The position numbers and the translations under genes were made by a program. A DNA stretch of 64,000 bases. Source: Candidatus Lustribacter sp. GTDB lineage: Bacteria; Vulcanimicrobiota; Vulcanimicrobiia; Vulcanimicrobiales; Vulcanimicrobiaceae. The stretch is from contig OZ255842.1 in NCBI GenBank assembly GCA_965277805.1, forward strand, positions 5,376,001 through 5,440,000. The letters run 5' to 3'. This document shows positions 40,408 to 49,892 of this stretch, in pieces; position 1 is the stretch's first letter, and each line of letters opens with the position of its first letter. The notes beneath the pieces were generated by a model that ran no database searches, was not told the origin of the DNA, and saw only the letters and a program-made list of their open reading frames with translations.

Positions 40408-41496
40408 TTAGATCGGCTCGAAGTCGCGCAACTGCGGGATAACGTCGGTGCCGAAAAGGCGGATCGATCGCATCAGATCGTCCTCGGCCATCTCGCCGAA
40501 GTTGAACTCGCCGAAGAACGTATTGAACGAACCCTCGACCGCCCACTTGCGTAGTTGTGCGGCCACGGTATCTGGGGTGCCGAGCAAAATCAATTCGTGC
40601 TTCAAGAGATATTCCGGATCGAGGATGTTCATGGTGATTTCAGCGGAGTCGGGTTCGCCGCGCGCCAGGAAGTATTCGGCCGTCTCGACTTGCTTGCGGC
40701 GGATCTCATCCTTGTCGTCGGAGTAGGAGAAGAAGCCTTTGTAGGCGTTCGCCGCATCGTCGAGCGCGACGTCGAGCGCGCGCTGATACGTTTCATCGAC
40801 GTAGACGACCGTGCTGAAGGCGATGTTCGGCGTGCCGGGCCAGCCCGCGGCCTTCCAACCGGCGATGTAGGGCGCGTAGCGTTCCTTTGCTTTCGCGCGC
40901 GGAAACATCAAGAAGTAGCCGGTGTGCAAGCCTTCACGCGCGCAGAATTCGAGCGTCGGAATATCGCGCGTTTCCATCCACATCGGCGGATGCGGACGCT
41001 GAATGGGCATCACGCTGAGATCGAAGTCGGTATACGGAATACGCTGGCCGTCCCACGTGACGTGCCCGTCGCCGGCATATGCGGCTTTCATGAAGCGCGC
41101 GAACTCGAGCGTCACCTCGCGCCGGTCGGGAAAGCTCGCCTTATACGGTTCGAAGTAGGCCGGCAGAATGCCGGGCACCAAACCGACTTCGGTGCGTCCG
41201 CCGGTCAACTGATCGGTCAGCGCGATCTCCTCGAGCAACCGCACCGGATGATGCAAGGCAACGACATGTCCCATTGCGCCCACGCGCAAACGCTTCGTTC
41301 GCGCGGCCGCGGCGACAGCGTAGAGGTTGGGTGAGGACATCCAACTTTCTTTGGGCGTGAAATGATGTTCGACCGAAAATCCGTAGTCGAATCCGAGTTC
41401 ATCGGCCAGCACCAACTCGCGCCACAACTGTTCGTAGCGCTCGTGCGGCGACATGCCGCGCTTGCCCCAGACGTGCGCGAAATGCGCGAATCTCAT
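40408..41496 (-). CDS. LLM flavin-dependent monooxygenase
   Basis: FSVEHHF, HPVRLLEEIALTDQLTGGR, PIQRPHPP; start trimmed to MRFAHF. Confidence 0.9.
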   Translation of the reverse strand: MRFAHFAHVWGKRGMSPHERYEQLWRELVLADELGFDYGFSVEHHFTPKESWMSSPNLYAVAAAARTKRLRVGAMGHVVALHHPVRLLEEIALTDQLTGGRTEVGLVPGILPAYFEPYKASFPDRREVTLEFARFMKAAYAGDGHVTWDGQRIPYTDFDLSVMPIQRPHPPMWMETRDIPTLEFCAREGLHTGYFLMFPRAKAKERYAPYIAGWKAAGWPGTPNIAFSTVVYVDETYQRALDVALDDAANAYKGFFSYSDDKDEIRRKQVETAEYFLARGEPDSAEITMNILDPEYLLKHELILLGTPDTVAAQLRKWAVEGSFNTFFGEFNFGEMAEDDLMRSIRLFGTDVIPQLRDFEPI

Positions 41497-41607
41497 CGAC
41501 GGAAAACCTCCGCGGTGCAGGGCAACGCACACCGTCTAGCCAAAAGTGTATTCAGTATAACCACGAGCTGAGTGAGGGTCAACCCTCCACTCCGAGGAGA
41601 ATCGCCC

Positions 41608-42546
41608 GTGATACGCCGACGCGCTCTGCAACTGCTCGCCGGCACCGGCGCGGCCCTCGCAGCGTCCCCCGTTGCTGCACAAAATCTCATTCCGATCCGG
41701 GTCGGAACGTTCGCGTCCGAATCCACCGGCGGCATTTTCTATGCGCAAGATCAAGGTTTTCTTGCCAAGCACGGATTGACGGCAGTTATTAACATGGCCA
41801 CCGGCGGAGCTGCCGTCGGCGCTGCGCTGCTCGGCGGCGATCTCGATCTGGGTGAAGCCGACGTCGTGACGGTGGCGATCGCCCATGACAAGGGTATCCC
41901 GTTTCAGTTCGTCGCTCCCGGCGAGCTGCACACCAACACGTATCCGACCTTGGCCGTTGTCGTCGGGTCAGCGGCGATTCAGAGCGGCAAAGATTTCAAC
42001 GGTAAGACGATGGCCTGCAACGTCGCGCGCGGTTTCGGCTCGCTGATCACGAACGCGTGGATCGACAACAACGGCGGCGACTCGAAGACCGTGAAGTGGG
42101 TGGAAATGCCCTTCGGTTCGCTCGTCGCGGCGACGCAAAAGGGCACGATCGACGGCTACTGCGCACCCGAACCGTTCGTCGATCTCGGCGGCGCGGCCGG
42201 CTTGCACGTGCTGCTGATGGACAAGAACCCGATTGCAACCAGTTACATCCAAGGCGGCTGGTTCGCGAGCAAAGACTGGATCAAAGCGCATCCGTCGATC
42301 GTCAATGCCTTTAGCCTGGCGATTCGCGAAGCGAACGAGTGGGCGAATGCCAATCCTGCTGCGACCGCCGCGATCATCTCGAAGTACAGCAAGGTTCCGG
42401 TCAACGTCATCAACAGCATGAAGATGCGCGGGCAATACGAAGCCGTGTTCCATAAACCGACGATGCAGCCGCTGATCGACACCGCCGCCAAGTACGGCTA
42501 CATCTCGAAGTCCTTTCCCGTTTCCGACATCATCGCCAACACGTGA
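41608..42546 (+). CDS. SsuA/NMT1-like substrate-binding protein, Tat signal
   Basis: IRRRALQL, VKWVEMPF, EPF; GAGGAG upstream of GTG 41608. Confidence 0.85.
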   Translation: MIRRRALQLLAGTGAALAASPVAAQNLIPIRVGTFASESTGGIFYAQDQGFLAKHGLTAVINMATGGAAVGAALLGGDLDLGEADVVTVAIAHDKGIPFQFVAPGELHTNTYPTLAVVVGSAAIQSGKDFNGKTMACNVARGFGSLITNAWIDNNGGDSKTVKWVEMPFGSLVAATQKGTIDGYCAPEPFVDLGGAAGLHVLLMDKNPIATSYIQGGWFASKDWIKAHPSIVNAFSLAIREANEWANANPAATAAIISKYSKVPVNVINSMKMRGQYEAVFHKPTMQPLIDTAAKYGYISKSFPVSDIIANT

Positions 42547-43793
42547 TCGACGTCGGGAACCTGATCCAGGGCGCCCGCATTCACGGGAGCTTGTATCGCG
42601 ACCCGGAGGTCTTCGAGCGCGAACTAAACGAAATCTGGTACAAGGTCTGGGTGTACGTCGGCCACGAGAGCGAGATTCCCAAGCCCGGCGATTTCGTGCG
42701 GCGCGCGATCGGCCGCCAGCCGGTGATCGTCGTGCGGGGTTCGGACGGCAAGGTCAACGCGTTCTTCAACCGCTGCCGTCATCGCGGCAACATGGTTTGT
42801 CACGCCGAGCGCGGCAACGCCGCCGCGTTCACGTGTCCGTATCATGGCTGGAGCTATGCTAATACCGGCGAGCTGCTGCAGCCCACGTTTGAAGAAGGCT
42901 ACGATTCGAATCTGCAGCGCGAAGACTTCGCGCTGATTCCGCTGCCGCGCGTGGACGCGTATCGCGGTCTGATCTTCGCCAGCGTCCGTCCCGAGGGCAT
43001 CACGCTCGACGAACATCTCGGTGGCGCTAAAGAGTTCATCGATCTGTTCATGGACCTCTCGCCCACCGGCACGGTAAGTCTGCGCGCCGGTAATCAGAAA
43101 GTGCGCTACGGCGGCAACTGGAAGTTCATGCCCGAGAACTCGATGGAGGGCGATTATCACGGGCCCTTCATCCACAAAGTCGCCTTCGATCTGCACGCGA
43201 AGAAAACGGGGTTCGACGTCGCCTCGCTCTACGAGAACGAAATCCCCGACGTGATCCGCTCGCTCCCGGGCGGACACATGGTGGAAGATTATCGCGGCGC
43301 CACGATCGCGCCGCCGAAACGCCCGCCGAGTGCTGCACGTATCGCGTACGCCGATGCCATGAAGAAGGCATACGGCGAAGAGAAGGCCGGCCGGCTCTTG
43401 GGCACGATGGCGCCGCTGATCTACATCTTCCCGAACCTGATGTATTTGATGACGCACATCCGCGTCGTGCAACCGGTGAGCGTCGACGAAACCTACGTCT
43501 ACTACCAGCCGATGATGCTCGACGGCGCTCCCGACGAGATCAACGAAGAGCGCCTGCGGATGCACGAGTTCATGTTCGGTGCGGCCGGGTTCATCTCGCC
43601 CGACGACATCGAGATCATGGAACGCATTCAGTCGGCGGTCAACGCGGGCGGCAACGAATGGCTGTTCATCGGTCGCGGCGAGCATCGCGACACGATCTCT
43701 CCGGACGGCGGCTCGACCGGATACACGATGGATGAGAACCATATTCGCGGATTCTGGAAGCACTACTCGGGCGTGATGAACGCAGGTGCGTGA
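42543..43793 (+). CDS. Rieske ring-hydroxylating oxygenase alpha subunit
   Basis: NRCRH...CPYHGW; ENSMEGDYHGPFIH; SPDD. Confidence 0.9.
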   Translation: MIDVGNLIQGARIHGSLYRDPEVFERELNEIWYKVWVYVGHESEIPKPGDFVRRAIGRQPVIVVRGSDGKVNAFFNRCRHRGNMVCHAERGNAAAFTCPYHGWSYANTGELLQPTFEEGYDSNLQREDFALIPLPRVDAYRGLIFASVRPEGITLDEHLGGAKEFIDLFMDLSPTGTVSLRAGNQKVRYGGNWKFMPENSMEGDYHGPFIHKVAFDLHAKKTGFDVASLYENEIPDVIRSLPGGHMVEDYRGATIAPPKRPPSAARIAYADAMKKAYGEEKAGRLLGTMAPLIYIFPNLMYLMTHIRVVQPVSVDETYVYYQPMMLDGAPDEINEERLRMHEFMFGAAGFISPDDIEIMERIQSAVNAGGNEWLFIGRGEHRDTISPDGGSTGYTMDENHIRGFWKHYSGVMNAGA

Positions 43794-44253
43794 GACGCAA
43801 ATCCAAGCGTTCCTCACGCACGAAGCTCGGCTGATGGACGAGGGCCGCTACCGGGAATGGCTGGATCTCTGGACCGACGACGCGCAGTACTGGGTGCCGT
43901 GCAACGATGACGACATCGATCCGGTGCGCCAGGTCTCGATCATCTACGACGACCGCGACCGGCTCACGCAGCGGGTTGACCGGCTTCTGAGCGGCTCGGT
44001 GCTCTCGCAGCAGCCGCGGCCGCGCATGCGCCGCGTCATCTCGAATCTCGAAATCGGGCCGGACCTCGGTGCTGAGGTGACCGTCGAGTCGAACTTCATC
44101 CTCGGCATCGCGCGCAACGCGACGAAACAGCTCTGGATCGGGCGTTCGATCCACACGTTGCGCGAAGATGCCGGCGCGTTGAAGATCGTCCGAAAGAAAG
44201 TGCTGCTGATCGACAACGACCAGGAGATTCCGCTCTTGCAGTTCCTCATCTGA
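43786..44253 (+). CDS. Ring-hydroxylating oxygenase beta subunit
   Basis: FLTHEARLMDEGRYREWL, YWVP, IVRKKVLL. Confidence 0.9.
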   Translation: MRETQIQAFLTHEARLMDEGRYREWLDLWTDDAQYWVPCNDDDIDPVRQVSIIYDDRDRLTQRVDRLLSGSVLSQQPRPRMRRVISNLEIGPDLGAEVTVESNFILGIARNATKQLWIGRSIHTLREDAGALKIVRKKVLLIDNDQEIPLLQFLI

Positions 44254-44477
44254 TGCGCATCGCGATCGACACCTCGAAGTGTCAAACCCACCAGCGCTGC
44301 ACGGTCGTCGCGCCGGCGGTGTTCGGCCTGAACGCCGCCTCGAAGGCCGAAGTGCTCGATTCGCACGGCGCGGACGACGCAACGGTGCTCAAGGCGGCGA
44401 AGTCGTGTCCCTACCGCGCGATCACCGTGACCGACGAAGCGACCAACGAACAACTCTGGCCCCGCATTGTGAAGTGA
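44253..44477 (+). CDS. Single-cluster [3Fe-4S]-type ferredoxin
   Basis: CQTHQRC (CxxHxxC)...AP.VF...CPYRAI; TGATG coupling. Confidence 0.88.
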   Translation: MRIAIDTSKCQTHQRCTVVAPAVFGLNAASKAEVLDSHGADDATVLKAAKSCPYRAITVTDEATNEQLWPRIVK

Positions 44478-45362
44478 GTGAACGTGATGATGGAACACAA
44501 CCGGTTTGCCTATTCGCCGATCAGCCGCCGCCCGAAGGTGGAACTGCCCAACGGTGCGCGCGTGGCCGTGTGGATCACGCCCAACGTCGAGCACTACCAC
44601 TACGACAAACCGGCGATGTCGCTCACACAGATGACGGCCTCGCTCAAGCCGGACGTGCTGAACTACGCCTGGCGCGACTACGGCGTCCGCGTCGGTATCT
44701 GGCGCATCATGGATATTCTCCAGCGCCAAGGCTTCGTCGCGACGACGGCCGTCAACGCCGAAGTGTGCGAGCACTATCCCGAGATCATCGAAGCGGGCAA
44801 TAGCCTCGGCTGGGAGTGGATGGCGCACGGGCCCAACAACTCGATGCTCTTCACCGGCATGCCCGAAGAGGTCGAGCGCCCGATCATCGCCGGCACGCTC
44901 GACGTGCTGGCAAAGTGCCTCGGCAAACGCGCGCGCGGCTGGCTGAGCCCGGCGCTTACGGAAACCGACGTCACGCTCGATTTGCTCGCGGAAGCCGGCA
45001 TCGAGTACGTCGCCGACTGGTGCAACGACGAGCAGCCCTACACGATGAAGACGCGCAAGGGCTCGATCGTGGCGCTGCCCTACACGCTCGAAGTCGGCGA
45101 CATCCCCGTATTTCTGTTCAACGGCGGCAGCGGACAAGATTTCGAGAACATGATCGTCGACCAGTTCGATCAGATGTACGAGGAAGGCGAAACGGTCCCG
45201 CGCTTCCTCTCGATCGCGCTACACCCGTTTCTCGTCGGCCATCCGTTTCGCGCCCGCCACCTCGAACGCGCGCTCGCGCACATCCGCAAGCGCCAAGACG
45301 TCTGGATCACGACCGGCAGCGAAATCCTCGACTGGTACAAGTCCTCGGGAACGCGCCCCTAG
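44478..45362 (+). CDS. Polysaccharide deacetylase family (PuuE allantoinase-like)
   Basis: WRDYGVRVGIWR, EWMAHG, RGWLSP, SIALHPF. Confidence 0.85.
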   Translation: MNVMMEHNRFAYSPISRRPKVELPNGARVAVWITPNVEHYHYDKPAMSLTQMTASLKPDVLNYAWRDYGVRVGIWRIMDILQRQGFVATTAVNAEVCEHYPEIIEAGNSLGWEWMAHGPNNSMLFTGMPEEVERPIIAGTLDVLAKCLGKRARGWLSPALTETDVTLDLLAEAGIEYVADWCNDEQPYTMKTRKGSIVALPYTLEVGDIPVFLFNGGSGQDFENMIVDQFDQMYEEGETVPRFLSIALHPFLVGHPFRARHLERALAHIRKRQDVWITTGSEILDWYKSSGTRP

Positions 45363-46684
45363 CTCAGCAGCCAGCGAGCGATCGCGATCGCCTCGGTGTC
45401 GCGATGTTCGAAGCCCACGAGTTGCACGCCGAGCGGCAGCCCGTCGACGGCGAGCAACGGCAGATTGAGAGCGGGCGCGCCGATGGCGGAGGATGCGTCG
45501 TTGTACCACGGCGTTCCGGTCGGCGGTTGTCCGACTTGTCCCGGGCCGATGTGCGCGAGCGTGATGAAGCCGTCGACCTTGTGTTCAAGCGCACGGTGCA
45601 TCGCGCGCAAACGTGCGCGCGCCGCGCACGCGCGCTCGTAGTCGGCAGGCTGCAATTGCGATGCGCGATCGATGTAGCCGAGCATCGTCGCGCTGAAGGC
45701 GTCTGGCCGGCGTTCGCGCCACGCCAGCATCGGCCAGCGAATCTCCCACAACATCAGATCGAAGAACCACTCCGGCAAACTGGCCGTCGCCGCTTCGTAT
45801 TCGGCGAGTTCCGGCGACGCCGCCGGCTCGAGAATCTCGATGCCCGCCGCCGCAAGCCCGCGCAGATGCTCTTCGAACACCGCTTTCGACGCGTCGTCCG
45901 TGTGCTGCCAGCCGGCCGTGTATTGGCGCAGGAGCCGTTGTGGCTTGCGGGCCGCCGGCATGTTCGCATCGGGGCCGAAGTGCGGCACATAGCCGGGATC
46001 CCCGCCGGCCACCATCGCGATGTGACACGCCACGGTCCACACATCGGGCAGCGCGCCGCCGAGCAGGCCGAGATGGTTGATGCTCGGTGAAGGATCGACG
46101 CCGCCGAAACGATTCAGCGCGCCGAACGTCGGCTTGAATCCGATCACGCCGCAGATCGACGCCGGGCGGATCACCGAACCGCGCACCTGACTGCCGGTCG
46201 CGATCGGCAGCATTCCCGCCGCCACGGCCGCCGCCGATCCGGAAGACGAACCACCCGGCGTACGCGTGAGGTCCCACGGATTCCATGTTGGTCCGGGCGC
46301 GGCCATCGTCAATTCGGTCGTGACGGTCTTCCCCAAGATGACCGCACCGCCTCGGCGCAGCGCGTCGACGTGCGCAGCGTCGACCGCTGCATCGGGTGTA
46401 TCGTCGAAGTACGCGCAGTTCACGCGCGTCGGAAAACCGCGCACGTCGAAGCAGTCTTTGATCGCCACCGGCAAGCCGTCGATTGGGGAGAGCCGCGTCC
46501 CCGCGCGCCGTCGCGCGGTCGCAGCATCGGCCGCGCGGCGGGCGCCGTCGATATCGAGGCACACGAACGCGTGCACGTCGGGCTCCGAACGTTCCAGCGC
46601 TTCGAGGCAGCGTTCGAGAATGACACGCGGCGTGTCGTTGTTCTCGCTAAAGGACCGAAACCGTGCGGTCTTAGGGTCGTACAT
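45359..46684 (-). CDS. Amidase (amidase-signature family)
   Basis: VAIKD, TPGGSSSGSAAAV, GSVIRPASICG. Confidence 0.9.
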   Translation of the reverse strand: MYDPKTARFRSFSENNDTPRVILERCLEALERSEPDVHAFVCLDIDGARRAADAATARRRAGTRLSPIDGLPVAIKDCFDVRGFPTRVNCAYFDDTPDAAVDAAHVDALRRGGAVILGKTVTTELTMAAPGPTWNPWDLTRTPGGSSSGSAAAVAAGMLPIATGSQVRGSVIRPASICGVIGFKPTFGALNRFGGVDPSPSINHLGLLGGALPDVWTVACHIAMVAGGDPGYVPHFGPDANMPAARKPQRLLRQYTAGWQHTDDASKAVFEEHLRGLAAAGIEILEPAASPELAEYEAATASLPEWFFDLMLWEIRWPMLAWRERRPDAFSATMLGYIDRASQLQPADYERACAARARLRAMHRALEHKVDGFITLAHIGPGQVGQPPTGTPWYNDASSAIGAPALNLPLLAVDGLPLGVQLVGFEHRDTEAIAIARWLLS

Positions 46685-47981
46685 CGACGCGTTCCGCGGT
46701 TCCCAGCGCAAAAACGCGCGCTTCGAGATCGGCTGCAGCTTGCGCGCTCAGAAACGGCGCGGTCAAGGCCGCGAACTTTACGTGCGTCCGCGTGCGCCGC
46801 CGGCCGGGATCGCGATCCGCGAGACGTTCGTCGGAGACGTTTTCCAGCAGCCGGCCATCACGCAGTGCGATCGTCGCGCGCGATTCGGCGACGTCGAGAT
46901 TCGGGATCGCTTCGACCGAGATGCGTGCACGCAGCGCAGCGATATCATCCGCATTCGCAACGGCGGCGCTATAATTCTCGAGCACTGCCGTATCGTACCC
47001 CAAGAGTGCCATTGCCGCGACGGTGCGCACGCTGAACTTCATTTCCAGCGCGGTCTGCGGCGCAAGGATGTCGCAGACACGCGCGGAGCTGGGCGCTAGC
47101 TGCAAGCAAATCGCCTCGACATCGCTCGCTCCAAACGGCGTGCTGCGTTGTAGTGCGTGCATGTTTTCGATACTGCCGTGCGCCAGCGCGCAGGCCGCGT
47201 GTTCTTTCATCAGCGTTTCGAGCAGCAAGAAGCGGCCGTGACTGGCGGCGAGCGCACCGGCCTCGACGTGCGGCGTGTGGGCGGCAAGAAACCCGGCGCC
47301 GGGTTCGAGCGGCGACCGCGCTGCGGTAAAGCCGCGTGCCCCCAGACGCGCCGCTAAGGTGCCGGCGGCCGCTGCGGTGCCGGCGTGCAGCGGTTTCGAC
47401 ATCGTGCCGACCGCATCGGCTAAACCCGCGGATTGCGTTGCGGCCAGCGCGAGCGCCGTTGCGAACGCGGCCTCGTCGAGACCCAGCAGCACCGCCCCGC
47501 CGGCGGCGGCTCCGATCGGTCCCGCGATTGCAGTCGGATGGAACGCCGTTTCGAGATGCCGGGGCCCGAGCAAGAGTCCCACACGGCACGCCGCCTCAAC
47601 GCCCGCGATGAAGGCTCGCAGCGCAGCCTCGCCCGAAGCGCCGCCGGCTTCGGCCAGTGCCAAAACGCACGGAAAGACCGTCGCGGTCGCATGGCCGTTG
47701 AGGGTCCGATTGCAGTCGGAATAGTCGAGCGCATCGCCGGCCGCGCCGTTGAGCAACGCCGCGCTATGCGGCGCGGTGCGTTCGAGGCGTCCGATCAGGC
47801 CGGACGGGGCGCTGGGCGCCGTCAGAATCTCTGCCAGCAACATCGCCGCGATCGGTTCGTGCATCCCGGCCAGCGCCGTGCCGAGCCAGTCGAGGATGCA
47901 GCACTGCGCGGTCACGCGCACGTCGTCGGGAATCTCGCCGGCCGCGATCGACCGGATCTCGGCGACGAAGCGCGCCGTCAT
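46671..47981 (-). CDS. MmgE/PrpD family protein
   Basis: ILDWLG, NGAAGDALDY, FHPT, GTMSKPLHAG, MKFS. Confidence 0.88.
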   Translation of the reverse strand: MTARFVAEIRSIAAGEIPDDVRVTAQCCILDWLGTALAGMHEPIAAMLLAEILTAPSAPSGLIGRLERTAPHSAALLNGAAGDALDYSDCNRTLNGHATATVFPCVLALAEAGGASGEAALRAFIAGVEAACRVGLLLGPRHLETAFHPTAIAGPIGAAAGGAVLLGLDEAAFATALALAATQSAGLADAVGTMSKPLHAGTAAAAGTLAARLGARGFTAARSPLEPGAGFLAAHTPHVEAGALAASHGRFLLLETLMKEHAACALAHGSIENMHALQRSTPFGASDVEAICLQLAPSSARVCDILAPQTALEMKFSVRTVAAMALLGYDTAVLENYSAAVANADDIAALRARISVEAIPNLDVAESRATIALRDGRLLENVSDERLADRDPGRRRTRTHVKFAALTAPFLSAQAAADLEARVFALGTAERVDVRP

Positions 47982-48022
47982 ATTCGGAGGTGATTCGGTA
48001 ACCGTAATGTATACACTATAGC

Positions 48023-48847
48023 ATGCTAGCGACCCGAAGAAGCATTTCGGTCAAACGCCTCTCGCCGCACATCGGCGGCGAGATCAGCGGCGTCGATCTC
48101 ACTAAGCCGGTCAGCGACGAGCAGATCGCCGAAATCAAGGACGCCTTGATCGAGAACGGCGTGATCTTTTTCCGCGATCAGCCGATGGATCTCGAAACCC
48201 AGGTGAAGTTCGGCCGCCGCTTCGGCGACCTGCATATTCACTCGGGGATGAAGGGGCTCGACGACAAGTATCCCGAGGTCCGGCCGATCCACGCCGACGC
48301 CGATTCCAAGCACATCGCGGGCGAAGACTGGCACACCGATCTCTCGTGCGATCCGATTCCGCCGATGGGCAGCATCCTGCACATCTGGGAGCTTCCGCCC
48401 CTCGGCGGCGATACGTGCTGGGCCAGCATGTACGCGGCCTACGATGCGCTCTCGCCGCGCATGAAGACGCATCTCGAAGGCATGACGGCGACGCACGACG
48501 GCCGCATCGCATTCGGCCGCTTCAATCCGTCCGGAACGTACCCGATCTCGGTGCATCCGGTCGTTGCAAAACATCCTGACACCGGCCGCAAGCTGCTCTA
48601 CGTCAACCGCGGCTTTACGTCGCACATCAACGACGTCTCACCCGAAGAGAGCGCCGCGCTGCTCAACTACCTCTACGCGCATCTGGAAAAACCGCACTTC
48701 CACGTGCGTTTCGTCTGGGCGAAACACACGGTGGCGTTCTGGGACAATCGCTGCACACAGCATCTCGCGGTGTGGGATTACTTTCCGCAAACGCGCAACG
48801 GCTATCGCGTACAGATCGAAGGCACCCAGCCCCCGATCCCCGCGTAA
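48023..48847 (+). CDS. TauD/TfdA Fe(II)/2-oxoglutarate dioxygenase
   Basis: WHTD, GGDT, HPVV, FWDNRCTQH. Confidence 0.92.
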   Translation: MLATRRSISVKRLSPHIGGEISGVDLTKPVSDEQIAEIKDALIENGVIFFRDQPMDLETQVKFGRRFGDLHIHSGMKGLDDKYPEVRPIHADADSKHIAGEDWHTDLSCDPIPPMGSILHIWELPPLGGDTCWASMYAAYDALSPRMKTHLEGMTATHDGRIAFGRFNPSGTYPISVHPVVAKHPDTGRKLLYVNRGFTSHINDVSPEESAALLNYLYAHLEKPHFHVRFVWAKHTVAFWDNRCTQHLAVWDYFPQTRNGYRVQIEGTQPPIPA

Positions 48848-48850
48848 GCG

Positions 48851-49645
48851 CTATCTCTTCGCGATCCCGAAGGCGCGCGCGAACCAGCGTTTGAGCGTCT
48901 TCCGTGGCGGAGCCGCGGGCGTCGGCGCCGTCTCGGCAACGTAGATTTGCATTGATGCTGCTTCCAGCGCCGTGAACTGCGCGACGCTTCCGCCCGGCGG
49001 ACGCAAACGCGTTACGACGCTCACGGCTCGTGTTGCAGCGCGCGCCGTCGTGCGCGCGATCAACGTGAGCGTATCGCTGCTCTCCGGCAAGAGCGTTTCC
49101 AAACGGTGCCACAGCGCCATCACGTGCGCGACGTACGCTTGCGTTTCCGCAATCGGCGGAACGCCGCCGTAGCGCGCTACCGCGCCGGGACCGGCGTTAT
49201 AACTCGCGAGCGCCAGCGTGTAGCGGCGTTCGGTGCCGTCGGCGGCGTGCTGCGCGATCATGCGCCGCAGATAACGGGCGGTGCCGTCGAGGTTTTCGTA
49301 AGCGTCGAACGGCAGCACGCCGAGCGCGCCGGCAGTATCGGGCATGAGCTGGCCGAGTCCGCGCGCGCCCGCGTGCGAAACCGCCTGCGACTGCCAGCCC
49401 GATTCGACGCCGACGATCGCGACCAGCAGCCGCGGATCGAGACGATAGTACGACGACATCATCAGCACGTGCGCGGCCATGTCTTGCGACTGCGCGGCCG
49501 AGAGCGCGGGGTTGAACGAATGTAAGACGGCAGCGTAATGCGTGACGGCATCCGAGCTTGCCGCTACCGGCAAAGGCAGCGCGCAGACGACGAAAGCGGA
49601 GACGAGAACACCGGCTCGCCGTAGGGCCGCGGAGAGCACCGTCAT
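48851..49645 (-). CDS. Secreted lytic transglycosylase (SLT domain)
   Basis: VESG, GARGLGQLMP, ASYNAG, ETQAYV. Confidence 0.9.
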   Translation of the reverse strand: MTVLSAALRRAGVLVSAFVVCALPLPVAASSDAVTHYAAVLHSFNPALSAAQSQDMAAHVLMMSSYYRLDPRLLVAIVGVESGWQSQAVSHAGARGLGQLMPDTAGALGVLPFDAYENLDGTARYLRRMIAQHAADGTERRYTLALASYNAGPGAVARYGGVPPIAETQAYVAHVMALWHRLETLLPESSDTLTLIARTTARAATRAVSVVTRLRPPGGSVAQFTALEAASMQIYVAETAPTPAAPPRKTLKRWFARAFGIAKR

Positions 49646-49688
49646 TCTTGCCTGTTCGGACGGCGAGCGGCAAAACTGAGTCCGCTAA

Positions 49689-49846
49689 CCTTTGTGCTCA
49701 GCCGAGCGAGCTTGCCTCAATCCGGGCCGGGCAGCGCGCGAGCACAAGGGATTGTGGCTACACCAAGAGCTGGAAGGCCACGACCGATGCAATAGTGATG
49801 GGCAGCACAGCCGCGACGGCCCGTTCGGTCGTCCTTCGGTCTGGTG
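49689..49846 (+). ncRNA. Candidate structured RNA (two long hairpins), family not recognised
   Basis: Stem 49689-49699/49740-49750, plus nested stems CACCA/TGGTG, GAAGG/CCTTC and ACGACCGA/TCGGTCGT. G-U pairs mostly favour the + strand. Confidence 0.35.
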
Positions 49847-49892
49847 CTTAATGTATACAGCACGCGGATTTTAGCGAGGGGCCCTGCTTTTT

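Noticed and set aside
49646-49860. c-di-AMP (ydaO) riboswitch upstream of the lytic transglycosylase
   Set aside because: The context is suggestive, but I could not find the conserved GGGGGACCC / GGGGTGAAT / GTCAGCTAAC elements on the minus strand.
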